A DNA stretch of 63,355 bases, the filler included, from Choristocarpus tenellus KU-1152 (lineage: Eukaryota > Protista > Phaeophyceae): NCBI GenBank assembly GCA_964200185.2. It is 12 parts of 12 records of this genome, joined end to end, with 100 filler letters (N's around TTAATTAATTAA, not from the genome) between each part and the next. Parts side by side here need not be neighbours in the genome. Positions count along the whole stretch, not along the records: positions 25,700 to 32,625 come from CAXNAD020007043.1; positions 32,726 to 35,523 come from CAXNAD020024660.1; positions 35,624 to 43,435 come from CAXNAD020005554.1; 9 more parts are not named here. One strand, 5' to 3'. Position numbers and translations under genes: made by a program. The notes beneath the pieces were generated by a model, which had not been told where the DNA came from, ran no database searches, and saw only the letters and a program-made list of their open reading frames with translations. Of the stretch, positions 25,700-37,834 are shown in pieces. Every line of letters starts with the position of its first letter. Position 1 is the stretch's first letter.

Positions 25700-25741
25700 C
25701 CCCAAATGGACGCGGCTCTACCCTCTAAGATACTTTGGCTC
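25700..25741. mobile_element. MITE family B right end
   Basis: CCCCAAATGGACGCGGCTCTACCCTCTAAGATACTTTGGCTC. Confidence 0.7.
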
Positions 25742-27860
25742 TCTAGTCCTCCTCATCTTGTACCACCAGCCCTCGGTTTTCTTTACATACTGACCATTCC
25801 TTCTTACCTTGTGCCTCCACCTACCAACCACTTCTTTAACTTCTCTCCTGCCTCTTCTACCTCCTAATCACTCGGTAATTAACTCTCAATTCCCCCCTTG
25901 ACTACTTTTTCTATTCCTTCCTTACCTTTCTCTCCCGTGTACCACATTACTACTAGAATTTCCCGCCCACAAAACTTATATTACTTCATAAACTTTCCCT
26001 ATTATATTTGGGATATCAGGTTGAAGATGTCGTGATAGATAACAATGAACACGATCGAGTGAAGTTATATTGCATTCCTACGGTGGTATCATTGGATTGA
26101 ACCACTATGTTATTGAGACTTTTTTGTTGAAATGGTTTGAATCTTGAAAAAAACTTTCAACAATAGAGCAAATTTGCTAAATATTTATCAGAAAGAACAG
26201 AGCAACAGAGAGATGGGGAGATATCTACGTTCTTCATCATCGATGAAGTTCACATACCTTAACGTTGTGCACCTCCCTAATCCATGTGATTCCTGAAAAG
26301 GTTGTAATGACAGGTTTAATGAATTCCACAAAGTCCTAGACCTTAGGGATATGTATGTACCTCCCAAGTCTGTCCAATTGATTTTAAAAAAAAAATCTAA
26401 AGATTTGTAGTGAAATTCACCAATGGGGAACGTAGCGGGTTCCGAGTATCATGGCCTTAGATCAAGTTTGTTCAATTAATCTATGTCCACAACTTCTAAC
26501 AGAAATACAAAACTTTTTATTGTAGGAAACAGCACATTGCTGTACACAGATTTTAATCCGACCTTACCCACTCCATATGCGGTGCTTTCACGACAAAACA
26601 AAACCACACCACCAATCTATTTGTTATGGTCTGACATTGGTATACGAGTATTATCAGAGACTACAGTCAATATCTTAGAATTGGTGGAGTTTTTGTTTTG
26701 AATTGGTTTTGGATTTACCCTCCTAGTAGTATAAAATACACTCACTCGAGGAATTTGCGAGTTGCCCATTATTTCTGGTTTTATTTTCAGGTTGAGTCAC
26801 CTGCAAAATGTGAAGGGACCAACTTCGTAGGCCCTGCAAATTCCATTATTTTCTTATATTGGCGGACCAGGTCCAGTGTTATTCGGTCCATGGGCCACAA
26901 AGACAGGGTCTATATTTTATTTCATGACCAGATCAGGAAGGAACGTCAGAATTTGTGTATCCCAGTCGACACCTCGTACGTGTTGAGAGATTATGTAAGG
27001 AACTACTTTGAAGTAATAATTTTGGACTCTGTTTTCCGCATGAATTCCCCTGATTCAAACCCCATCGACATTAGACTTATTAATTGCGTTGAAACCTGCT
27101 TCACACAACGTATTGTACAAAGTCCACGTCACAAGCATTACTTCATGATGAGCATGCAACTCTGTATGCCATTATACCACGAGAATACCGGACCAAGAAC
27201 AAGGTTTAAAGTTTTAATTGCCGAGCAAGACTGAGGTGTGTGTCAGCACAAGGTTTGAGATAGGTGGGGGAGCAACAAGATGCGCAAACCCATCGCATGA
27301 AAAGCAAGGCACAAACAGAGCCAGTAAAAATATAGTGCAACAACTGTTTCCAGCTGTTAGTACGAGAAAGGTTCAGCACAATATTTGAGGAAGAAGGGGA
27401 CCGAAAAGCGGTGGCACAGCTAAACCCAAAGTAGAAGAAGCAAGGCACAAACAGACGTAGAATAATTTGATGTAGTGCAACAGCTGGTTACACTATACTT
27501 ACCTAGAGAGTGAAAGCATTCGAGAAGGGGGGTCGATTTTGGCCCTTTTGAATTAGTTGTAAGACACTTTCGAACCTTCTGCAATATACACGATGCCCAT
27601 ACCTGTAAAAAAGATAACACTCTAAGAAGGGGTGTGGCAGTGGAGAAGATCAGCCTCTGTTGATATATTTGTAGCCAAAGCGCCCATCAACGTACTCAGA
27701 ATACATTATGCACCACAAGGCAGTCAATGTTACAGTGCGATCATGATATGTTTGTATTATTGGAATATGTTGGGGGATAACATGGTTTTGTGCTGTTGTT
27801 TTGTATTATACAGCCTATTCTACTCTGCATTGTCGTAAATTGTGTCCTTTATCATGAGGT

Positions 27861-27897
<37 letters not shown>

Positions 27898-28200
27898 TGC
27901 ACAAGTAAGCGAATCTGCGTCTAGGCTTTGCCACAATTTACATGTATCTTTTCTACTTGTCAATCTCTACAAATGTCAGTACGGAAAAAATTACATATAA
28001 CAAACTAATAGTGATATTTAAGTAGAGTAATATTTGGTGTGATACAGATGGAAATACAGAAAAATGCTCTGGCGTCGATCATGTTCGAACCCCTGAAAAA
28101 CATGCAGGAAAAGTGCCTCCTCCATGAACGACTTCACCACCCCCTCTATCTTTCCTTCACCTAGGAGGTTGACATTCGTTCTACGCGTTGAATAAGGATC

Positions 28201-29372
28201 ATGAGTAGAGGGACTGGACGTTCAGGGGGCAAGGAAGCGAAAGGGAAGGGACTGAAGCCTACGTTTAACAGGGTCATTCCCAAGTTTCTAAGCCAGTACG
28301 AGACGATGTTGACGGGACCCAAACCTTCCAGTATGGAAACGTGAGGTTGACAGGGTTGTGTGACATTTCATGAAGTTCACACGACCAAAGCAGTTTGCTA
28401 GCGACGTGTTGAAGAGTCCGAGTGTACATCAAGGTACCACAAAGAGCTTTAGTCGCGCATGAAACCCCTGTAAGATGTAAAAATGTAAGTATACAATATT
28501 TTCCTCTACCCTCACCCTAACTTATATCCTTGCCAATATTAGTCCCGTCCCAATTCCACCCATTATGTCATCAACCTACGGAAGAAGAGAAGAGTCCTTC
28601 CGTGGGGGTGGTCGAAGCGGGGCTGGAAGAGGCGGTTCGGATGAATCGGCACGAGCTTTTGAAGGCTACGACGAAGAGGAAGTGTTCGCACTAGAGCAGT
28701 ACCAACAAAAACACCCACCTGTCACAGTGGACAAGGAAGGAGTGCGAAGACGGGCAAGAGAGCTGTCCGAGAGCATCGGCACAGGGCAGGTGAGAATCTC
28801 CCTGACCCCTTGCCTATTCCTAGGACCGCTTAGCGGTACTGTAAACGAGAATTAAACTGAAAGTACAGGATTATCTATTGTGTGTTACCTCTGATCCCAC
28901 GCTCCGATCCTACGATACTACTGGTGATACGGTGGTGCTACCCCTGCCTACCAGCTATTCTGTGTTGAAGTTACTCTTCTTACCTTCCCTATGCCATGCC
29001 CCGATCGTGTGACGAACACCAACACACGCTACTTACAAGCGTGAGCCGGAGAAAGATATTGGAAGGGCCATTGGAAGTATTGGAGGTGGAAGTGGGACGG
29101 AAGGGGGGGAGGAAGTACTACCCGAAGAACTAAAGGAATACACAGATGCATCTGGAAAGTTGAAATTCAACAAACCTGTGGTAGTGAGAGGGGAAGTTCG
29201 AAGCAGGAGAGATGGAGATGGCAAAACAGGGCAACCGAGACATAATACCAAGAGTTCCAGGGAGGAGGAGACCAATGGAGAGACGAAGAAATCGAAAAGG
29301 GCAAAGCTGGCAAAGTTGAAGAACAAGACACTGCTCTCATTTGGAGGGGAAGAGGAGATTGAAGAATTGTAG
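28201..29372 (+). CDS. DUF4604 / KIAA1143-like protein, complete 3-exon gene
   Basis: Exons 28201-28340 (MSRGTGRSGGKEAKGKGLKPTFNRVIPKFLSQYE..), 28543-28789 and 29040-29372 splice in frame. The PKFL motif, SGKLKFNKP and the C-terminal KNKTLLSFGGEEE resemble the KIAA1143/DUF4604 family. Confidence 0.75.
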
Positions 29373-30698
29373 TGAGCTTAATTGTTGCGCCCCAACAGTT
29401 CCCACAGTACTACGAATGACGACCCTCACTCACACAAACATCTCTCCATGCCAATTAAACAGTGGGATGATGAAAGACTTTGTCATAGGATGAAAGGTAC
29501 AAAAGGGGGGGAGACTCTTAGTCTTGGGGTTCTCTAGGGGGTCCTGGAGTTCAATATTTCGAAGAGGAATCTTTTACGGAGTTATTTAGGAGGATGAGAG
29601 TGGTCCACGGTGCTTCTTACATTTTTTCTATGAAAGAGATTCGTTTGCTAGTTGTTGGTATGCCCTGTACCCAGTATACTTTCACATAATGTACTGGTAT
29701 GCGCTTGGCCATGACCAATGTCTGATTGGCTTGTGTTGTACTTAGTGATACTTCCTGCGGGGTGCAGGTCTACTGTCGGAACTAGATTAATCGGACACCT
29801 GAGATGCAGTTACAATACAAACATTGCATGTGGTTCTGCAAAGCATGTAAACAAAGCCTATCCCTACAGAGCAACAATTCTCAGGTGATTGAAGGGTGTG
29901 ACTATCAACACCAAAATGTGAGAGTTTGATTGTTAGATAACACATATCTTAGTATTTTTGTTGCAGACACGTCAGATATTTGAGGAGGTTTATTCCGTTC
30001 CCAATAAATAGGAGCCTTCTAAACGAGGTCAATATAGCGTTTCTTCCCCTTCAAGAGCTTTTTAGGTGGTCAGTGTGTAGAGCTACTTGTTGTCCTTCAC
30101 ACATGTCGCTCTATTATTAGGACTGTTTGCACGAAACTTTATGACCTCTTATGGGAACCTATACCCATTCTTAACCGTCTACTGAGCATATGATGGCAAG
30201 GGTTGTGGAGGTCATGAAAGCAAGAGTGTTCAAGTCTAGTGAGCTGCTGTTAGAAATTATATTTTTTGCGCTTGAGACTTATTGTGTCTCTAGAAAACAA
30301 GCTAGAGTTCTGTGCGTGCAGTTGTGCATGTATGTATTATTTAATCCATAGAGCCAGTCGGAGTTAAGGCAAAGCAAGTGTACCCAACTACTGCACAGGA
30401 TGCTTTTTATTATAGGATATTTTAGGGACTCTTTTTGTTGTTTAGGGCAAGGGTTCAGCTTAACCCACGAGTGGACACATTCTTGGACACATTCTCCAAA
30501 TTATACAAGGCAATGAGCACTGGATCTGGGTCAACAGATAGATGCCACAAGAGCTGGAGATCTCACAGATGTCCCACAGCACAGGTTGGACATGTTCCCC
30601 AACAGATTCGGTTGAGATCCAAAATTTGTGCAACAGGTTGAACAGGTCCTGTACTTTATGTGGGAGGTTCTGTCCTGCTTCATATACCACCCCTATAT

Positions 30699-30961
30699 GA
30701 GCGGAAGTATCTTAGAGGGAACGAGATTTGCCCTGTATGTTCATTTGGGGCTTGGCTTCCCCTGGGTTTTTTTAATGACATTTTTCCACTCCAAAATGTT
30801 TCGGAGTAGGTAAAATGTGTACGTTATGGAATGGTGTGTCCGGAACAAGGATACTTACAGTTCCTAACAAACACGGAAGCCAAAATTACATCAAAAAAAT
30901 CGCAACATTGGATTTTGGCCCCCAAATGGACGCGGCCCTACCCTCTAAGATACTTTGGCTC
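30699..30961. mobile_element. MITE family B, complete copy
   Basis: TIR GAGCGGAAGTATCTTAGAGGG / CCCTCTAAGATACTTTGGCTC with a perfect 4-bp TSD ATAT. Confidence 0.85.
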
Positions 30962-33719
30962 ATATCCTGCTCGCATCTTCAGGCCATCGGCAATATTGAA
31001 GGAGAAATACGAAGGCACTAAATTGATTACTTATTGTGTACTTCAAAGTAGCTAGTACTTCCACAGCCTACAGAGCTAGAGTATCCTAGAGGGGGGTTCC
31101 GTTGAGTATAGAGGACCTCTGTGGCTAAGTTCTGGTAGCTGGGATGAAAAGTTTCATCTTGGCTTACTCAACCATTTCTACACTGCCTTGCAAGATAGTT
31201 TGATGACAAAGAGGGTAACAGGGGACATGAAACTCTTCTGCTGACTTTCGATGGAGGCGCAACAGCTAGTGAAGTGTCACATGTTGTCCCCCAAGATCTA
31301 AACAACGACTGACCGTGGAATGCGATAGTTGTTACAGTTGCTCCACAGTGTATATTAACGGGATAATGTGGAGCTCCAATCCACAAGCCTGTAGGCTGAC
31401 AAAGAGGCTCGCAAACAGCACCTGTGATGTATCGATAGTCTGATAACCAACAAAAATGGTGGTTATCAGGTTAATAGATAAAGGCATAGATATATTCTTA
31501 AGTTCATTTTGTATACAACACGTACATCAAATTGCAAAGATGATGGACAAGAAGAGCGCCAAGAAAAGCAGAGAAGATACAGAATGTAACAATGTAGCAA
31601 AGGAGAAGTAACAAAATATATGTTGATTGATAACAAATACAAAATTTATAGTAGTTGTCATGGTCATTACATTCCTGTAGCATATGCTTTTATTCCCGAG
31701 CTGTTGTTGACAACACCTACGTATCTAAATAAAACATTAGAAACGATTGACATGGGATTAGAGGGGCGAAGATCTTACCCCTTTTAATCACAATAGCGGC
31801 TTTAAAAAAAATGTCCATCCCAGGCCATTCCGGCGAGATGAGAAAGGTGCCGCTGCATCCACTCCATCCACAAGGATGTTTGAACCTTTCGTTGAAGTGA
31901 TATATATCGGTAACTGAGGTCATACCACCCATCCCTTCTACTACTGTTGTGAAATTAAAGAAATTCCGGTGAAATTTAAATCGACTGCTTCGAAGCAGAA
32001 CTCAATTTTTAATAGGAGAATTTACCTGTCTACACAGGAAGCGATGCGTGCGAAACGCGCACTGGTTGCTAATAGAGATTGGCTCGATGAGCCAAAAGGC
32101 CCACTGCTGGAATGGGGCCCCTCCTGTGAAGCTCCTCCAGAAGAGCAAATTTCGACTTACTAACTCTTTCTGCGCTTTCTCCATGACCAGAGGTATGATC
32201 CTCTTCTTGTGCTATCTGAGAAATACAATTGCTCCTTCGTGTTACGCTTAAGGGAGCTTGAAGAATATGTGGCTGAGGGGTTGACCGTGAAGAGCAAAGA
32301 TGGATTCGTCATCACTTTAATGCACCTCAACTCTTATTCATAGTTTGATGGGGAAGAATAGTGTTGCAACTAAACTATGGCCGGTCTTGACAATGTGCTC
32401 AGTGATGGCAGGAAGTTGTTGGAGTATTCCACACTGGACCTGCGGTTAAGATTATCAATTTTGTCCCTTGGTAAAGGACAATGGTTATTGGTGTGAATAT
32501 ATATTGTGAACGTTACAAGGGGCTTGTGGTCTCAGTTCCATTGACTAAACTCATGGGGTGAGACAGGTGTAGACTACTATGTGGGATTCGTAGCATCCAC
32601 ATTGGTAACCAGAAAAAATAATACTNNNNNNNNNNNNNNNNNNNNNNNNNNNNNNNNNNNNNNNNNNNNTTAATTAATTAANNNNNNNNNNNNNNNNNNN
32701 NNNNNNNNNNNNNNNNNNNNNNNNNTTTCGGTCAAACCCATCCTCCATAGTACGCTCCATCCTCGATTTTTGAAATCCGCTTTTAAATATAGGTTGTCAC
32801 TGGTGGGGAACTTGTTGAATTGAGGTCCAATCTGGCGCTGTGTTGTACGTTTGTGCGTGTTCTGTTAGTATTTTGAGACTGATGGAAGGGGTCATGTTGT
32901 CCTATCTACCTGTCCCAACTATGTGACGATGTTTGTTTGTGCGTATTTGTTGTGTTTTGCATGTATACTGCCTCTGTTCTAACCTACAGTAAAAATTGTG
33001 GGGTATCTCTCCATCTGTGACTACTTCATGTTTTCTGTCTTTCAGTCTGCAATTGTAAAACGCAGTACAGATGGTCTACTTCTACTTCTACTGCTACTAA
33101 CTACGAGTTATAGCAACAACCGCAAAAAGTTATAACAATAACGATGAGGACAGGATAGATGGAGTGGTGTTGGAGAAATGAAAGGGGAAAAGCCGTCAGG
33201 TCTATTATCGACACTCACCATGGAAAAGACTGATCATCGATGATTTCTGCACATCATCATCTTGCGTCTCACAAGACAAATGGATTTATGCGTGCAATAA
33301 TGGTGGCAGAAGTAGTGGTAGTGGTATTTCAGCATGTGGATGTATGGGACACGATACACGCACTATAAATAAAATTATTACCTTGCATACCTCCTGCATA
33401 AAATCAAACATGGAACACATACACAGAAAGTACAGACTAAATGCTGTACATCACAATATTTATTACAACTGTTTGACTCACACAACACATTAGAGTAGTA
33501 ATAGTAGTGCTGCATGCTACTTCCGAAATACGTACATCGTAACAAAATTTGAACAGTCATTACAAGAACATTCTGCATGCAACACTGAAGGTACTGACAT
33601 ACAGAAAACACACACAAACACGTTTGTTCTTCTATAAATCCAAGAATTGCGAAGAGAATCTAGCGCTATCCTAAACAATATTCCTAATATATTCAAGGTA
33701 GTACGTCAACAACATTACT

Positions 33720-34277
33720 TCGGCTCTTACAAGTCAAAGTGACCGGACACCATTACTGACCAGTCGGTTACATTGCCACCACTTGTCCCATATTTGCAGT
33801 AATACATTGGTTAAGACAGTAGTGCTCCCTCTGATACATGCACTAATGTTACAGCACGCTCCAGAACTTACCTCCACAGGATGTGTAGCTCTAATCCAAT
33901 GAACTTTAAACGACGCTACTGGGGTATTTCCACAGTTGATAGCCACTTGCGGTGTCAGCCACTCTTCTCTCAATGCTTCACTCAGTGCTTAGCTCAATGC
34001 TTGACTTTATGTTTTATTCGAGAAAGGAAATGAAAGAGATGCGTTGAGTGGCTCTCAAAAGCACTCTTATATTAGCATCATCCACCTGATTTCTACAGAC
34101 TATAAGATAAAAGACGTCTGCAACCTGTTGTATACGTACTCAAATTACTAATATTTTCTGTAAATTCTAGGAAATCGGCATTCATTCTGTAAGGTCTCCT
34201 ATGTGCTACGAATCTCTTGTACTGCTCGCGCTTGTTAGAACACGAGAAGAAATGCTCACGCTATTCGCCTGTAACAC
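33720..34277 (-). repeat. Dispersed repeat family D, reverse copy with internal deletion
   Basis: The reverse complement starts GTGTTACAGGCGAATAG and contains TTGAGCTAAGCACTGAGTGAA and CATCCTGTGGAGGT(A/G)AGTTCTG, as at 62430-62570. Confidence 0.7.
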
Positions 34278-35639
34278 TATTCTCCCACCTCTAGCTACTC
34301 AGCATGATGCACCCTGAGGTGTTGCTCATCATCGTCCACCAAATGACATAAATTCAGTTGTAACATACTTGCCGCGGCTCCCAGCACTTCCAACCTTGAG
34401 GTAAGCCTTAGGATCAAGCACCCTCTCCTCGATATTCCTTGTGAGGAGATTGCGTCTGAGAGCGTTGTTTCATTGCGCTTTCTACTTCCTACGCTTAACC
34501 TCAATCCCCAAGCAATTCGCCCTCTCAATTCATACTTTTTTGAAATAAAATTTTGACCCTATAAAAAAAGTCACACTGGGATTTGCACCGTCCTTATCCA
34601 GTCAACCAACAAGTAAGCAAAGTTGTGATGTGCATTTTGCAGCTCTGCATTCGTGCTTTGTGTTGTCTGAGGACACAAAGGTATAGAAAACATAATAATG
34701 TCGACGACATGGGAGTACAATGCATCATTAGTGAGTGTCTACTAGAAGTGAATCTTTACAGCATTAATCTGTTGACTGCAACAACAAAAAATAGAGCCGA
34801 CAAGGCACAAGGAAGTAATGATATAGAACTGAAGGAGTAAGAATGGAAGGCAGACCGCAAAATATGGAACAGAGGTGTGCTCGTTATATATATATATATA
34901 TATATATATCACCCTTGTCCTTGTTGAGAGGCTCGAAAGAGTGCGGAACCCACAACTGCTGTCAACAGAGCTTGTGTGCGTGTTGAATCTATCCCGCGAC
35001 ACCCCTAATAGTTCTCCAACACCGCACACAATTCTTCCCCCACTGTCTGTCTATCCTCCTTGATGTGCACGGATGTACGGATGAGTTAGCCTCCGTAGGT
35101 TTTCCTTAGTTGATGTAGCTTTTGGTACCTACCAATTTCCGAAAATCCCATGAGGATACAGACCCAGTAACAACAAAAAAGGGTTGGGGCTAAGAGAGGA
35201 AAAAAAATGATTGTGGTGTAGAGTCCTTTGAGAACCCCCCTGCTAACAGAGGATTAGCTGATGTAATGGTGGGCATACTACCAACACCAGTACGATTATA
35301 GGAACTACTAAAATGGTGAGACAACAGTACAAGCAGAAAATAGGAGCATTACTGCTTACAACAGTGGATTTTAAAAATTGAGGATGGAGCGGGGCTATGG
35401 GGATTGTTGTTCTGCGAAAACGGTCTTGAAAAAGTACCGAAAATTTTTTTTTGCAACTGTTTTTGCACTTGGAAGGGCCCGGGATATGTCCTTTTTTTGG
35501 AAATGTTTCGGCACTTTTTAAGGNNNNNNNNNNNNNNNNNNNNNNNNNNNNNNNNNNNNNNNNNNNNTTAATTAATTAANNNNNNNNNNNNNNNNNNNNN
35601 NNNNNNNNNNNNNNNNNNNNNNNGGGGGGGGGGGGGGGT

Positions 35640-35670
<31 letters not shown>

Positions 35671-36525
35671 GGGGGGGGGGGGGGGGGGTGAGTCGTAGCA
35701 CCCACGAAGCATTGACTGTTCCAAAAAGGAACGTGTTTCTCCAATGAAGATAGAAGGTTAGGGTAGGACACATAGCAGTATGAAAAGTAGTGGCATCAAA
35801 CTGTGATAACACTTGAATCGGCTTCAGATCAATGAATTGGAACAGCCGAACAACTGAAAAAAAAAGAAGTTCGGATAATAATTGTTTTACGTTTAAAAAT
35901 CACAATACAAGCAGAATCGTGGACCGCTGAATGTACCAGAGATCGCAAAGAGTATTCATCTCAAGGTAAAGCTACCCAACACTCCATACACATCAACGGC
36001 TTCCGATCAATCTGTTGAGACCTGTGGAGGCTCGGAAGTTTTTAATTCCCGCAAACCCTAACCCTAACCCTAACCCTGGAGGCATTACACGCCGATCCGC
36101 AATGTGCAGGTGTTTCATGGTCATGGCCTCGTCTGCCGAAAGACGTTGGAATCGAAACAGTTGAGACTTTTTTTAGACATTTAATTTTTTTCTTTTAATT
36201 TTTTTTAAAACTGTGAATTCATCTGGTTAACAACACCAATGAAATGCTCCACCAGTAGTTTGGTGTACACGCAGCAGCACCCGAGCCAATGGGATGTGTT
36301 CGCCCTGAATAATATCAATATTGTAATTAATGTTGTAATTGAATACACACCCGTATTCAATAGGCCATGTCACTGACCATGTAGGTAGGCGTGAATCAAA
36401 CACAAGTGTATTAGAATGTGAAGTTCTTATCGCCGAGTGAGTATCTTGTTGTGAGTCCTGTCACCTTGGTTTCATGTTACTGTGCAGTGTTCCCAGAGCT
36501 AGAGCGATCATCAGGACAAGCGCAC

Positions 36526-37795
36526 CTGCATGTTCTTGACAGCTTTGTCCAGCTCCGGGCAGTCCAGCTCATGGGTGATGCTCTTCAGCTTCGCCAGTAT
36601 CTGTTGTGGAAGACCATAAATACATTTTGTGCATCTCAGAGGGTACAGAGCAAAGCGAGGTGATCGCTTCCATTCCATTCCACTAACCCTAACCCTAAGA
36701 CACACACGCATGTACGACAGTCTACCGCTAGTCTTGGGCAGTGGTTCACTACAGGATGTCCCTCAAATGCACCACCAACAACAGAGGATGCTAGAGCATT
36801 ACAGGGGTGTCCTGCCATGAACCACTAAAGCAGAAATCACAACCCGAAGTATTCCAGTCGAACACTGGTGTTTTATGCACTATCAACATTGTACCACAAA
36901 AGATGGAGGTGTGTATCTGCCAAGGAGAAACAGCTTTGATTGTCGAAAGACCTATCAGCAAGAAAGAAGGGATCGGTTCTGAGGAAAGAATGCACTCGAT
37001 TGGTCAATTACACCGGTGAGCAAACCCCGCAATGAAGACGCACGACAAAATATATAAAAAAAATGTTACACTGCTGTAGTATACACTCAAGACAAAAAGA
37101 AACCGTATTTTCAAAAAGGGAAACCACGCCTCACCCACCCTCCCTGCCCCCTACCCTCCACGAGCAAAAAGCAACACCCTATTTTCAGGGGCAGTAGGGT
37201 GTGAGCAACACTAAAGAAAAACATAGCAAATACCACCCCCAAACATACACCAGATAGCACATCTACCTATCTCACCCTTGCAGCTTCGGCCCTTCGATCC
37301 TCATCACTGAACACGGGTGGGAGAAGCTTCATGTACCTCACAACGGTGTCCTGGTCTTCATCGAAGCCGTCTGGGAGACCCTCAAATACCTGTTGTTAGG
37401 AACGGGGATGAGGTCCCGAAATAATGGTAGCCCTACTTTGGCTTTCCTCCTTGACGCACCCAGCGACCAATCAAATGCTACGATTCTGTGGAAGCAGCAA
37501 CTCCTTCTCTTAGATAGGACACGTGCCAGAAAAAGAGGGTAGCCAGTGCTGGTCACAACGGTGCGACTGGGAGTATAAACGCCTTCTCAGTATCCTCCCA
37601 TACCATCCATTTGTGCATCACATGACGCTAATCTTAACAGAGGGCATGCTAAGAAGAATATTTTGAGAAAAATAAATAAATATATATATATACATACCAC
37701 GTATGCAGTCAATTTTGACGGACACTCTACATGTGCTTCATGGAAACAGATCATCCAACTCAAACATTCGCACCGTAACATCCATTTCAGTACAT

Positions 37796-37834
<39 letters not shown>

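Noticed and set aside
28070-28095. GTTCGAACCC tRNA T-loop-like motif
   Set aside because: No cloverleaf or A-box could be built.
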